Virus record (IMG/VR): IMGVR_UViG_3300032270_001157
Coordinates: 22,429 to 86,428 of that record
Source of the DNA: a virus
Lineage: Duplodnaviria > Caudoviricetes
Reading direction: 5' to 3' (one strand)
DNA: 64,000 nt
Shown here: in pieces, positions 22,501 to 29,799 of the stretch
How positions within the stretch are numbered: position 1 is the stretch's first letter
Layout: every line of letters begins with the position of its first letter
Translations under genes and position numbers: made by a program
Notes under the pieces: model-generated
Seen by the model: only the letters and a program-made list of their open reading frames with translations
What the model was told of the DNA's origin: nothing
Database searches by the model: none

Positions 22501-24043
22501 TCATTCCACCAATAAATCCTCTACTAAACTGACCTAGTGCAGATAATCCTCTTAATGCGAAAATAGCTCCTAAAGCTGGTAGTGCTCCTTTAGCAGCATC
22601 TGTGAGTCTAATTAAATTACTAGTTAAGTCTAAAGATAGTTTAACGAAGGATTGAAATCCAGAGCTTTGTCCAATAGATCGAACTAAACCTACAAATTCA
22701 TTTCTTACTTTTGCCATTTGAACAGCTAATGATTGTTGTGCTGTTGCGGCATCAGTAGCTAAAGAGTCTTGTCCTGTTTGAGCAACTTTTAATGCTGCTT
22801 GGGCAGTTGCGAACTGTTGAATTAATGGAATCACCTTACCAATCTGACGAAAGCCACCAAGTTCTTCTACGATTCTGGAGAACTTTAAATCTCTGGGGTC
22901 TAATTGAGATAATCCTTCGCTCAATCTTCTAACAGCCTCATATGGTCCAACGAACTTACCTTGTAAATCTGTTAATGTAACACCATATTCTTTAAGGGCA
23001 TCGATTGTATCCCCTCTTTGAATTCTGGTAAAAATTGTTCTTAAACCAGTAGCAATGGTTTCGGCGCTTTCACGAGTTGTAGCACGAACACTGGTGAACA
23101 CAGCCATGAATTCATTTAGGGCTTGAGTACCTTCACTAACTCCCTTACTAGCTGTAGCAAACACACCACCGGTACGCTGAATAGCAGTAATAATGTCACC
23201 GGCTTCAACAGCAAACTTAGCAGCTACCGCATTTACTGAACCTAATGCTCGATCTAATTCGCCAGCACTAATACCGAACTGTCTCATCAATGCGATACTA
23301 CCTTCTACGGTACTATTCAAGTTATCGAATGATGGAGCTAATGCACTAAGAGCCAAAGCTTTTAATGCCTTCTCTGTATCTCTAGCACTTAAGCCAGCCT
23401 GAGCCAATGTACTAGATACTTTAATTAATTCATTAGATGACACACCGAACTTAGTAGATAAATCAGTAATTTCGGCAACTAATCCACCAAGATTTTTAAC
23501 TGATGTATCAGTAACCTGAGATACTCTAACCAATTCTTGATTAAAAGCAATAAAGTCTGTTGTTGCAGATGTTAGGGCGTTAGATACTTTATAAATCACT
23601 CCTGTTACTGTGGCAAAGGCGGCAAATCTACGAACAGCCAATGCTGACTGCTGACCAAACTCTCTAAATGCTGAAGTAGTCCCATGAACAGCAGCAGTAG
23701 CAGCAGCATTTTGTTGAGTTACATTTTGTGTGGCATTATTTATTTGTTGTAAATTAGCTGGTAAATTACCAGCACTATTATTAACTTGTTGTATAGCAGT
23801 CCCAAGATTTCTCAGAGATATTGCTGTAGCGTTTGCTGAAGCATTAGTGGCCTGTAGAGTATTATTAAAAGCTCTAAAAGTTTGATTAAGAGCACCGATA
23901 TTGCGGGCCACACCGGGATCCAAGCGAACATTAACATTAGCATTAATAGTTCCTAGTTGTCGCCTAATATCGGCAACAATAGTCCTAATGTTAGATGGTC
24001 CTCGTAAATTTAACTCAGCTGTAAGATTAAAACCTCTAGCCAT
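13571..24043 (-). CDS. Tail tape measure protein (TP901-type core) with inserted cargo domains, 3490 aa
   Basis: Ala/Gln-rich helical N-terminus with a TP901-like core (FNQELVRVSQVT..DLSTKFGVSSNEL..LAQAGLSA), a hydrophobic Gly/Ala segment at ~19140-19330, repeated PAMLTPGEFV motifs typical of TMP C-terminal regions, and a position downstream of the tail tube and chaperone genes. Confidence 0.92.
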   Translation of the reverse strand: MARGFNLTAELNLRGPSNIRTIVADIRRQLGTINANVNVRLDPGVARNIGALNQTFRAFNNTLQATNASANATAISLRNLGTAIQQVNNSAGNLPANLQQINNATQNVTQQNAAATAAVHGTTSAFREFGQQSALAVRRFAAFATVTGVIYKVSNALTSATTDFIAFNQELVRVSQVTDTSVKNLGGLVAEITDLSTKFGVSSNELIKVSSTLAQAGLSARDTEKALKALALSALAPSFDNLNSTVEGSIALMRQFGISAGELDRALGSVNAVAAKFAVEAGDIITAIQRTGGVFATASKGVSEGTQALNEFMAVFTSVRATTRESAETIATGLRTIFTRIQRGDTIDALKEYGVTLTDLQGKFVGPYEAVRRLSEGLSQLDPRDLKFSRIVEELGGFRQIGKVIPLIQQFATAQAALKVAQTGQDSLATDAATAQQSLAVQMAKVRNEFVGLVRSIGQSSGFQSFVKLSLDLTSNLIRLTDAAKGALPALGAIFALRGLSALGQFSRGFIGGMRPNRNSQGGPIRAFASGGHVPGYGDGDVVPAMLTPGEFVMNKKAVRNIGLNRLYDLNRAGAGKAAKKKQELPTSSATHFTHLDARLEPDSFSPKLKKYLQKKQLSVAGIYSNMGLDLPQSWNSNWAKAPDLQGVLSSKLASYIRSKDVFKTLKSGGKKYRFTGQSSSIAQQLLNNNYPAIQQELANSVASYPTFYDTDANDVSKIMPGLLSKSIKNVLSKADATNLIKGFEEKSVYKLENVAGRKKTTQEMRKYLASGGSISKFADAGVVTPTSGKKATTSEIIKLLGLETAAKAGGISATDVYTTLNKRAPTEAQAASKAAILAEFTKKQNRLSGAQQARTTRITSKGLLFGAAGMLGSPFSPINKKITSDQLKAPVDVRIVSGIMDPAVASSIEESFNSSLNKSAGRAAKKVMIADILAKTGLGKELNLDFDRTLAFGADKILSDPRTPKFAEFGDRNKVSAALRGAKLSALGQELAGLVSKKPELLSNLKLITARPASTLDLVQEWLSSKGLPIPLTQFKGLGGPGVSGSQIAKLKAALLSPGSLFVDDDARNIKAARARSKEGIQAYRYGNRKISGNSNAEATAQGVLFEKMIQKLGGPGALKGQGMDFPQGLKGAAKYFGIPGNIATDAKRTISGPSTVEDNIITYLKTQGYKSGGAIQRFAEGGTPKLIQRGGFKYSLEDIIKAGLTEAQFMEQIPVPGGYGEQWKVGGFGEGSIPMPVSLKPYKAPPSAIQEKVGAAIINKQNRIADYAKKDGRTVRDYEINSDQKSFKKMRGYAAGGNVPAMVSNGEAFVPPETAKAIGYGKLREMNQADRNGMSSFSAGGIGVFKGPGSGTSDSIGPVSLPVGSFIIREAATKALGFRSGGAVRGIQRFNVGGSANPGDVEARIQKVMMEIEQFGDAIYQQALNFNRSKGMGFQEARQNAQNSQKVATDSYIQNRIDTARSNATLIGPLPQGARRDSTSDIAAASARIIDQNLQRAAQSSQQVAQSSRQTQTIFQAVQSVASKTTGFISSSISSLRSKVMGPSDEEVGNMSDAQRAQYDAKRNRRASYMNTGLALAFAAPMAAEAAGAAVGGSTGRGVAAAGTAFGGAIAVGAQAGPWGALAGAIAGTVLAVDSFRNAIKEADIDLSKKKIENSATTAEGQLEKLNKNPRDAALTSSIVKNFKDIAAEEEKISAKQAELRQPSMLTRGLEAASFGFYKASRPTNAQIGEEETANQKVGGEIALKTLAAKVESGLNIEQALSSFGGDQGLAKLNIAQTNKQFNTKNQELEALKKTAGQDPQIRAEIEQRQKELIDTYFKEETATLQATVAERARVTALQQSARVLNLSSVSIAKTFENMDQAIDSATTGLDRASQRIDDIASGQVSLKTQFQSTDILKNPNAYSARERQTAVSQVSGMFGTDKKFVEGLSTFGASAEDTITRIAVQAQQTGASGEVLGENITRDLTQQLINTFGDNRISDAIRNQLKGAVKDNIKQNDGVLDPQSLIDSVGGLKQLIDSQKKAFDTMMKQYAFIEKALDTYGNAVQKAAELQTQATAKFASLQGYLSDSMVSLREALGEGRRTSLTERSAGRYTEAAINAGVKPGSLTAANLTNQRTMLINQRSSVEGNIERLNSSGNLADPAVISLIAKQKDALASLNRQIEATEKGLEGLPDLIKQDMQDTLSKIGQLVQERESRTQAGASFGEKLVTSTPTELRNLNSTYDLLNRTLNGQITTINQSISAQQAYRKTIQDGGTNLEAMAAAQDAFAADAKNSFSLFNEMIQVSGLDTTDKQRANTLRADLIQNTARAQGLNVENNPFLKEILANLRAAPAQDPQIKALENLYKQQQMALGEATQRAINPLLEKQGQILNTANTALISALDKLTNAFNGAQTNNQNLGLARPGTVMTRSQGGPVYAAGGTLVNYEPRGTDTVPAMLTPGEFVVNRQATQRNLPLLKSINAGNYAKGGVVYLSGGTMDPLADTWDSTIANYMSDFANKVKKVEEMAPTDPRAKAWLDNYRNWINSTSQRGAYSSQGALEMASNYKSPKLPGWLTSTMDGLDNLYQGVKSVGSNISSAIKNPRAASTTALKYIGTQASGAARMAAPYVGRLIGPTFGAISGAMADPNKTGRNRAVNTVLGVVTGTGETMGDVGAHSLLGRATGVQQGTMLDTQLGNFSQLGLTTGYYMGFGLDPATAGLIASANMLTQETVGLYGDAKKMHTSNNNTDRMLKNSTISSSADDPLAEFKLNVMDRRDAERLAEFNIESRRLQKGAKPRKDAVGNLMTQAFIDQQISNIYDSLNSEDTISVPFGRDRKVVKGRNTHSTNEVFQSAVSAQEQYLERQHAASEEARIAKIEEKKQAEQAAQERKREQELENQRVQARASSSVFRIDGRDVDAATVATDTSMPGDTYGLTASAQRGKNKVDTANRIRNQAENQREANRWVHQPATPGPVKLKSGQTVDPNKQTQSLNKKKKDKELELEQYSFVDPADMTEEQKKDKERLLRERDQINSEIIKLNRMIAVDVPMRERDQQWKMHGKKQEQDANKAQIAASNRANAKRFRLELAVGQAVGMGAPNKFTSPEAFMGWREQALSKLKKKFNLTGSNKIDEKLLTQYGLSAGAAQDLFHPFTPDQAEALIQAMSQETSGGNYKYSARDIAILRMNPDQIEALALRINNGDTYLQGNMDERKKLEKAQEKTFSKLLRNFSSIDRMAARGQGMNRAQQAMLKNNISKQLTKMGYINPQNSDEDNAARLAPFNINNTVGFLYPQVAAGNPAFRSSGGMIYASRGTLVNYQPRGTDTIPAMLTPGEFVVNRQATQQNLPLLQSINGGVNHMSRGGMAYLSEGGIPGVRSGSMFNLGQIFISLSQTTKQFTNSLQLAVSMLSDYQKQLSSGTTNSVSNNTGSNNPNMDGLSQFTNTFNKFIGQLAALNLPPQITIQGTHKVEVVINGGAAFANMQEPIQRMILGEVNVAMNKLAIQTEGVLRT
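20530..20760 (-). other. Putative PD-(D/E)xK restriction-endonuclease-fold domain embedded in the TMP
   Basis: Pattern GVLFEKMI...MDFP...TDAKRT matches the E..D..(D/E)xK arrangement of REase-fold toxin domains. Confidence 0.5.
20780..21225 (-). other. HAD-superfamily phosphatase domain embedded in the TMP
   Basis: All four HAD motifs occur in order: motif I LDFDRTL (DxDxT), motif II LITARP, motif III Lys (KLK), motif IV LFVDDDARNI. Confidence 0.8.
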
Positions 24044-24059
24044 AATTTAATATGCCCTC

Positions 24060-24098
24060 AAAAAAATAACACCACACTGCTATTTGACAGTATGGTGC
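24060..24098 (-). terminator. Rho-independent terminator between the chaperone gene and the TMP
   Basis: Minus-strand RNA GCACCAUACUG-ucaaauag-CAGUGUGGUGU forms an 11-bp stem (two G-U pairs, 8-nt loop) followed by UAUUUUUUU. Confidence 0.8.
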
Positions 24099-24127
24099 TA
24101 TAGGTTAAACAAAATATAGAAAGAATA

Positions 24128-24991
24128 TCAGGTAGGAGTCTCTGGGGCTGATGGAGTTGGTGTTGTTTCATCTTGTTTAGTTTCTTCTTTATTGCTTTCT
24201 AATACAACGGGCTTTCCTTCTTCGTCCAAAAATGGCTGTGCTTCAACTACATAGTCACCTTCTAGATCTACCCTATTGCCGAACTTATCAACAAAGTTAC
24301 CCTGCTCATCAATGAAACGATTATTCTCATCGATCAACCTACCTTCTGCATCAACCAAACGACCCTGCTTATCAACAAGCCTTAGTTTATCATCAACAAA
24401 TTTATACTTCTGTAAAAACTTGTTTTCTGGTAAAGTTTTCTCAAAATTATTATCCAATCCATAAATTATGTTAGCCAATTTTTGAGCACCGAGCAAAGCT
24501 ACTGGATCATCTGCTTTGTTCAAATACTCTTCCAAACTCTTAAAATAAGGCTCATTAGTATCTTTATACACCACACAAACAGATACTAAATAATTAAACC
24601 TAGCATTATCAGCTTGACCTTCGGCACTATGATTATCTAGAGATGTACGAACACTAATTAGGTCTCTTATTTCAGCCCTAATTTCTTTCATCTTTAAAGC
24701 AAGGTCTTTAGCATCCTTTAGACCGAAACCACCCTTAGCTAATCTTTTTTCTCCGTCTAATAGTTCTTGTTGCAGGTCAGAGAACTTCTTCTGCTTTTCT
24801 CTATTCCATAATCCTTGTTCTTCTAAGAGATCATCCATCTTGGCTCTAACCACAGACTTGCTCTTAATAGCGTCTGTGAAGGCTTGGTTATAAGTCTTCT
24901 GAGCTTCTCTCTGATCATTTAAAGAGGGTGAACGAACAAGGAAATGCTTCTCTACATTATCAACAACCACACTAAAGGTATCAGTTTTCAT
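24128..24991 (-). CDS. Putative tail assembly chaperone, 287 aa
   Basis: Directly upstream of the TMP, highly charged and helical, with a C-terminal 7-aa VDxxGxx repeat tract. Confidence 0.55.
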   Translation of the reverse strand: MKTDTFSVVVDNVEKHFLVRSPSLNDQREAQKTYNQAFTDAIKSKSVVRAKMDDLLEEQGLWNREKQKKFSDLQQELLDGEKRLAKGGFGLKDAKDLALKMKEIRAEIRDLISVRTSLDNHSAEGQADNARFNYLVSVCVVYKDTNEPYFKSLEEYLNKADDPVALLGAQKLANIIYGLDNNFEKTLPENKFLQKYKFVDDKLRLVDKQGRLVDAEGRLIDENNRFIDEQGNFVDKFGNRVDLEGDYVVEAQPFLDEEGKPVVLESNKEETKQDETTPTPSAPETPT

Positions 24992-24992
24992 A

Positions 24993-25286
24993 TTAATTGT
25001 CCTTTTTAATTACCGGAAATGAATAGCTATATTGTGTCTTAAATACTCCACCGTACTTATAGAAGTCTTCTTTGATATTTCTAATCTGAGTATTGCCATG
25101 ATTTAAAATTTGATTGCGAGTATAATCCCACATATCTGCAAACTCTTCTTCTTTTTCTGTGAGATCTCCATCTTTATCGTGGCCCCACAAAAAACCAAAA
25201 TTTTCCTCCATACGAGCTAATGCTCCAATCATGGTTGTTTGAATTCTTTTTTCCATATAAAATCTAAGTCTCTCTGGATCGTACAT
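24993..25286 (-). CDS. Hypothetical protein (tail chaperone region), 97 aa
   Basis: Tightly packed ORF with a 1-nt gap to the next gene; acidic/aromatic composition. Confidence 0.7.
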   Translation of the reverse strand: MYDPERLRFYMEKRIQTTMIGALARMEENFGFLWGHDKDGDLTEKEEEFADMWDYTRNQILNHGNTQIRNIKEDFYKYGGVFKTQYSYSFPVIKKDN

Positions 25287-25290
25287 AAAA

Positions 25291-26331
25291 CTATTCCTTA
25301 TTATTTAATTGTTGCATTATCCTTTGTTTAACATCTGGCAATTGAGCATCCGGAATCCTCGTCCCTATATTTGAGTTTGTTACAAAGTCCACCTTTTGTT
25401 TAAGAGTAGACAAACCCAGTTCGTTATTAAGTCCAATTATATCGTCTGCTTGTTCTTTATTTCCTGCCATCAAAAATACTTCTGAAGCATTCTTCAATTT
25501 ACCTGTCAGTATATTTTCTACACCCTTTTCCTTTTTTTGTCTATCATTTTCTTGTTTATGAAATAACATCCAACCATCTAGAGCATCATCATCATTAATA
25601 ATATCTTGTGGAGGACATTCAGGATGTTCATATATTCTATCATACATATATGAAATATTTATCAAGCTTTTTTGTTCTTCAGACCATTCTTTAACACAAT
25701 CATCTAATATGTTACTTTTATTATTATTCCAATAATTTCTCCAGTATTCACTTCTGGCGATACTCTTAAATGTTACTACATCTATCATGTTTTGAGAGAT
25801 ATGAGAAGCTAAACTATTGAAAGTATTATAGTTAATATTAGTATTATCAAAAATTAAATTGTTTGTATCATACTCATATAAAGTATTACTAATTAAAAAT
25901 TCATTTTTAATATTATCACAATAATGTTCTAAAGTAATATAATCTAAGCAATGTTGTTTTTGTAAAAATTGATCAATTTCTTTTTTTAGATCTTTAATTT
26001 TACTTTGAATTTTCTTTTTTTTAGTATTATCGAAATACTGTTGATATAATAAAATTTTATTAGACTCTAAGCTTTTTTCTATTTTAGCTACTATTTTTTT
26101 ATAGTCCCACGGCAAGAGCTGCAAATCAAATAATAGATTTTCAATATCTTCTAGAAACCAAAAATCGCTATATAGATTATCATTATAAGCAGAAGAGTAA
26201 AGAATATCTGCTTGGAGCTTTAAAGATAAAGAAGGTTTCCTAAGCTCATAAATAACATCGTCATAAACAAAAACTTGCTTACCAGATAAAATCCTATGAA
26301 CTAGTATCTCATTTTTTCTAGATTCATTCAC
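25291..26331 (-). CDS. Hypothetical protein, possible tail assembly chaperone, 346 aa
   Basis: GTG start overlaps the upstream TGA (GTGA coupling). Lies between the tube gene and the TMP. Confidence 0.65.
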   Translation of the reverse strand: MNESRKNEILVHRILSGKQVFVYDDVIYELRKPSLSLKLQADILYSSAYNDNLYSDFWFLEDIENLLFDLQLLPWDYKKIVAKIEKSLESNKILLYQQYFDNTKKKKIQSKIKDLKKEIDQFLQKQHCLDYITLEHYCDNIKNEFLISNTLYEYDTNNLIFDNTNINYNTFNSLASHISQNMIDVVTFKSIARSEYWRNYWNNNKSNILDDCVKEWSEEQKSLINISYMYDRIYEHPECPPQDIINDDDALDGWMLFHKQENDRQKKEKGVENILTGKLKNASEVFLMAGNKEQADDIIGLNNELGLSTLKQKVDFVTNSNIGTRIPDAQLPDVKQRIMQQLNNKE

Positions 26332-26480
26332 ATTGATTGTTCTTGAGAAATAATAGAAGCTTGTAATTTAGAGATGTCTTTTTCTCTATCTTCTAATTTT
26401 TTTTGTAAATTTTCTATTATTTTTTGACTTTGCAACAAATCTAAATACAACTTACCGATTGTTGAAAAAATTTCATCCAT
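26328..26480 (-). CDS. Small coiled-coil protein, 50 aa (MDEIFSTIGKLYLDLLQSQKIIENLQKKLEDREKDISKLQASIISQEQSM)
   Basis: Below the track cutoff and translated manually. RBS GAGGA 5 nt upstream of ATG 26480; its TGA overlaps the GTG of the next gene; it fills the gap after the tube gene. Confidence 0.7.
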   Translation of the reverse strand: MDEIFSTIGKLYLDLLQSQKIIENLQKKLEDREKDISKLQASIISQEQSM

Positions 26481-26534
26481 AATAGTCCTCGAACCATGTT
26501 CTTTTGATATAAATTTACTCTAGCAACTGTGTTA

Positions 26535-27590
26535 TTAGTAGTCAGTACCAATAACTGGTAGACCAGCTTCAATAACATCTGCAAAGTTTTGGCCAATACC
26601 GCCAGTGGGTGGAGTATAGGTAAAATCACTATAAGTTTGATAGCTATAAGTGATTGTAGCATTACCACCGTCTGTACCACCACCAGCATAGCTAACTGAC
26701 TGGAGCTTGTTTTTAGTTCCAAGATCAAGTCTAGTACCATCGCATAATGCAATAAGAATCTTTTTATTACTAAGAGCCTTAGGATTACTGCAATTAGCAT
26801 TACTTGAACCTTCGACACCAACCATATCGCCAGTATTAGCAGTTACTTCAATTTCGGTTGAAATTTCAACTGGGAATTTGATATAACGATAGAAAGGTGT
26901 TCTACTACCTAGCTCACGAATTTGTTCACGACCAAGATTCATGCTAACCTTAACACTATTAATCTTAATACCGGCTGGAATTCCTCCAGAAACTGATCGA
27001 ACATTTACGTCTCCAGTAGTTCCGGTTGGAAGAACAGTAAGAGCTTGACTCCATAAACCACGACGCAAAATACCAACACCCGATGGGCTGTCGGCAACAG
27101 GAGCGCTAGCAGTTGAAGTTAGTGAAGTAGCCCATGTTTTATCATTACTAACTATTGTAACTTCTTCTGTAAAATTGCCGTCTGTTGGGAAATTATAGCT
27201 TACAGAAGATAAATAAGAAGGTGTGCATTCTACTACAGCAGCGGGAACTCCAGTAGCATTAGTATTGGTGTCAGGATATAGAAGTAATTTAACACCACAA
27301 CGATTGTTAGCTAAGTCAGCTAAATTACCACTACCCATAGCCATTTGATAGATTGTGGGAAAACCGTCTAGAACCTTATTGAGAGTAATTTCAACTTCTG
27401 GAATTTCTTCATAGTTGTCATAAAGAGATAATTGACCAAGTTGATATACTGGCTCAAGATTGAAATTAGTATTCATGCCTACACTTTGTAGACCTTGTAC
27501 GGAGTCATAATCAGGATTTTTAACGCCCTTGGTTCCTGATGGACCAGCTAATTGAACAGATTGGCAGGCATAATAAATACGATTGGCCAT
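26535..27590 (-). CDS. Major tail tube protein, 351 aa
   Basis: Tube-like beta motifs (VQGLQSVGMNTNFNLEPVYQLGQLSLYD..PEVEITLNKVLDG; LGREQIRELG), strong RBS GGAGA, and canonical position between the terminator-like gene and the chaperones/TMP. Confidence 0.75.
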   Translation of the reverse strand: MANRIYYACQSVQLAGPSGTKGVKNPDYDSVQGLQSVGMNTNFNLEPVYQLGQLSLYDNYEEIPEVEITLNKVLDGFPTIYQMAMGSGNLADLANNRCGVKLLLYPDTNTNATGVPAAVVECTPSYLSSVSYNFPTDGNFTEEVTIVSNDKTWATSLTSTASAPVADSPSGVGILRRGLWSQALTVLPTGTTGDVNVRSVSGGIPAGIKINSVKVSMNLGREQIRELGSRTPFYRYIKFPVEISTEIEVTANTGDMVGVEGSSNANCSNPKALSNKKILIALCDGTRLDLGTKNKLQSVSYAGGGTDGGNATITYSYQTYSDFTYTPPTGGIGQNFADVIEAGLPVIGTDY

Positions 27591-27612
27591 GAGGGTGTCT
27601 CCATTAATTTGG

Positions 27613-28575
27613 CTAAATGATAACTTCAGTCGTTAATCTTAAAGTACACCAATATAAATTTTTATTTCTGCTTTCCATGTCTAAAATTGATACTTCTTTC
27701 AAATAACACCTTTTCCATCTGTACGATGGATTAAGGACTAAATCGCAATAATTTTTACCATTATTATTGATAGAACCCTGGTAATTTAATGGATTTACTC
27801 CGCTGTTTATTACCTTTTGGATATCATATAGCCATAAAGTTTTTTGTTTTTGCAAGCGTATAATATCGGCTATTTTATTTTTGTCAGAAGAGTTTTCTGC
27901 AAAAACATGCAATAATATATCCTGATTAACAGCAAAATCATGAGCACCCATTTGCCAAGGTTGAGAATAACTGCTAGCAATTGGTTCAATAACTACGCAG
28001 GGCATTTGAATTCTGTGATTAGAAGATATTGCATAATCACCTTTATCCTTTTGATTAATAGCTGGTGCTGGGCTATAGGTCATACTCTGTAGTTCCACCC
28101 AATAAGGATCCGTACTACTTTTGTATGTTTGACACCACCTATAAGAATATTCAAGTTTAACAGCCGATCCAGCTGCTAAGGGTTTATCGAATACTACTTG
28201 TCCAAGAGGATAATTTATACGATAACCAATAGACCCACTACCAGTTGGAGATGGATAAAAAGTAGTACCAATACTAACTCCAGAAATGCGTGTTGGTTGA
28301 GTACCATTAAATGCAACACCTGTTTCCCAAACCCAATCCTTTTTGGGACTCTGCCATATTTGACCCTTAGCAAAGCCGGGTTGTTCTGAGATTTTTAATT
28401 CATGGAATGAGCCACCATACAAACCACTAGTTGGAATTTTTACATTAACAAAACCACCTATATTTAGAAAGCCCCAGTCTAAAAATCCTTTTAAGTTTTC
28501 TTCTAGTTCGTTTAATAAGGTATTACCACCCAATGAGGTAATTGTATTAAATTTTGTATAGTCTTCACAACTCAT
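27613..28575 (-). CDS. Putative tail completion/terminator protein, 320 aa
   Basis: Directly upstream of the tube gene. C-terminal MPCVVIEP..QDILLHVFAENSSDKNKIADII resembles tail-terminator folds, with an inserted beta domain (INYPLGQVVFDKP). Confidence 0.5.
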   Translation of the reverse strand: MSCEDYTKFNTITSLGGNTLLNELEENLKGFLDWGFLNIGGFVNVKIPTSGLYGGSFHELKISEQPGFAKGQIWQSPKKDWVWETGVAFNGTQPTRISGVSIGTTFYPSPTGSGSIGYRINYPLGQVVFDKPLAAGSAVKLEYSYRWCQTYKSSTDPYWVELQSMTYSPAPAINQKDKGDYAISSNHRIQMPCVVIEPIASSYSQPWQMGAHDFAVNQDILLHVFAENSSDKNKIADIIRLQKQKTLWLYDIQKVINSGVNPLNYQGSINNNGKNYCDLVLNPSYRWKRCYLKEVSILDMESRNKNLYWCTLRLTTEVII

Positions 28576-29219
28576 ATATTTTTCTCAATTTCTGTTTGTA
28601 TCATAGTTGGTATTTTATTATCGTCTAATTTATCTAGAGCTCTAGTTACCCAGTTATTATTTTGTGTACCAGCAAATTCAGGAGGAACTCTCCAGTTTTC
28701 TTTTGATGGTTTCATGATAGCTAATCCAGTTCTAGAATATGGATTAGGACCAACCTGTACAGTATAGTTTTTTACAATAATTTTATTACCGTATAACAAT
28801 AGCCACTCTAGCCATGGTAGTACAGCTTTACTTAAGCCGTCAAATACTAGAGCACTATCGCTAGTTAAAACATCCTCATAATTAGATTGAATCATTCCAA
28901 TATTGAATCCACCCTTTAATCCAGATCCACTCAGTGTAATTGGGGTTACATTTACTATTACATTATTAGTCCATATATTTACTATCTCATTTACCTTTTG
29001 GGCAGCTTCGGGAATTCCAAATTCATATCTGAGCTTGCCAGTTAATAAAGACTGATATTCTGGTTCAGAGACTATGGCTTTGTAAATTTCAGCTGGTATA
29101 GTTTTGGCTAGAACCATACGAGCTTTATAAAAAGCGGTCTGTAGGTGGTCTTTAATGCTATCTAGGACCATTTGTTTGATTGCTGACTCAGATTCTAATA
29201 GTCTTAATGAGAATTGCAT
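28572..29219 (-). CDS. Putative neck / HK97-gp10-like tail-completion protein, ~215 aa
   Basis: Sits between the head-closure-like and terminator-like genes and has a PWLEWLLLYG / NWVTRAL pattern. ATG at 29219 is preferred because it lies 2 nt after the upstream stop. Confidence 0.45.
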   Translation of the reverse strand: MQFSLRLLESESAIKQMVLDSIKDHLQTAFYKARMVLAKTIPAEIYKAIVSEPEYQSLLTGKLRYEFGIPEAAQKVNEIVNIWTNNVIVNVTPITLSGSGLKGGFNIGMIQSNYEDVLTSDSALVFDGLSKAVLPWLEWLLLYGNKIIVKNYTVQVGPNPYSRTGLAIMKPSKENWRVPPEFAGTQNNNWVTRALDKLDDNKIPTMIQTEIEKNI

Positions 29220-29221
29220 TG

Positions 29222-29755
29222 TTATGCCCTTGACCACATGGTAACAATATATCTATTATCTCCAAAACCACAAGGTTGGGGGTCTCCAGCAGTCACATAT
29301 GTATAACCACCATAATTAGCTATGTTTTTATCTATAGTGATATATTGAGCATTTTTAATTTTGGGAAGAAGAGAGATTGAGCAGATAGTCTGAACCATAC
29401 CATCGGCTATATTAACAGCATCTGATTTAGTTGACCAATTAAACCAATATTTACTATCAAAAAGAACTGCCATGTATATGGTTTCGTTATTAGCTTTATC
29501 AACTAGTCCATATCCATTACAAACTGGACAAATAGTGTCTGTGGTGAAAGATACGGGTCCGGTACCATTGTATTTATTAGCGGATCTGATAGAGATAGGA
29601 TCAAATATGCAATTATTACATGGATTATTATTGGAAGATCCATAAGAGATAACGCACGGAACAGTTAATCCTGTTGTGGATAATAATGAATCTATGGCTT
29701 GGTTATATATGTTTTTATATTCAGCCGATATTAAAGCTTCAAAAGGATTAGCCAT
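29222..29755 (-). CDS. Putative head-closure / head-tail joining protein with CxxC...CxxC, ~177 aa
   Basis: Start at ATG 29755 (MANPFEAL) with GAGGA upstream. Contains CNNC and CPVC motifs. C-terminus ends in YVTAGDPQPCGFGDNRYIVTMWSRA. Function from context. Confidence 0.5.
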   Translation of the reverse strand: MANPFEALISAEYKNIYNQAIDSLLSTTGLTVPCVISYGSSNNNPCNNCIFDPISIRSANKYNGTGPVSFTTDTICPVCNGYGLVDKANNETIYMAVLFDSKYWFNWSTKSDAVNIADGMVQTICSISLLPKIKNAQYITIDKNIANYGGYTYVTAGDPQPCGFGDNRYIVTMWSRA

Positions 29756-29799
29756 TTTAATTATCCTCAAAGTAAAAATACTAATGTAAAATACACATT

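Noticed and set aside
24084-24112. Plus-strand TTGACA inside the terminator loop as an antisense promoter
   Set aside because: No acceptable -10 hexamer at 16-18 nt spacing.
26328-26410. Possible -1 programmed frameshift (A8 run, CAA AAA AAA) from the 50-aa ORF into the 346-aa ORF, as in lambda G/GT
   Set aside because: The -1 frame hits TAG three codons after the slip site (AAA ATT AGA AGA TAG) and TAA after the second A-run, so no fusion is possible. GTGA overlap explains the coupling.
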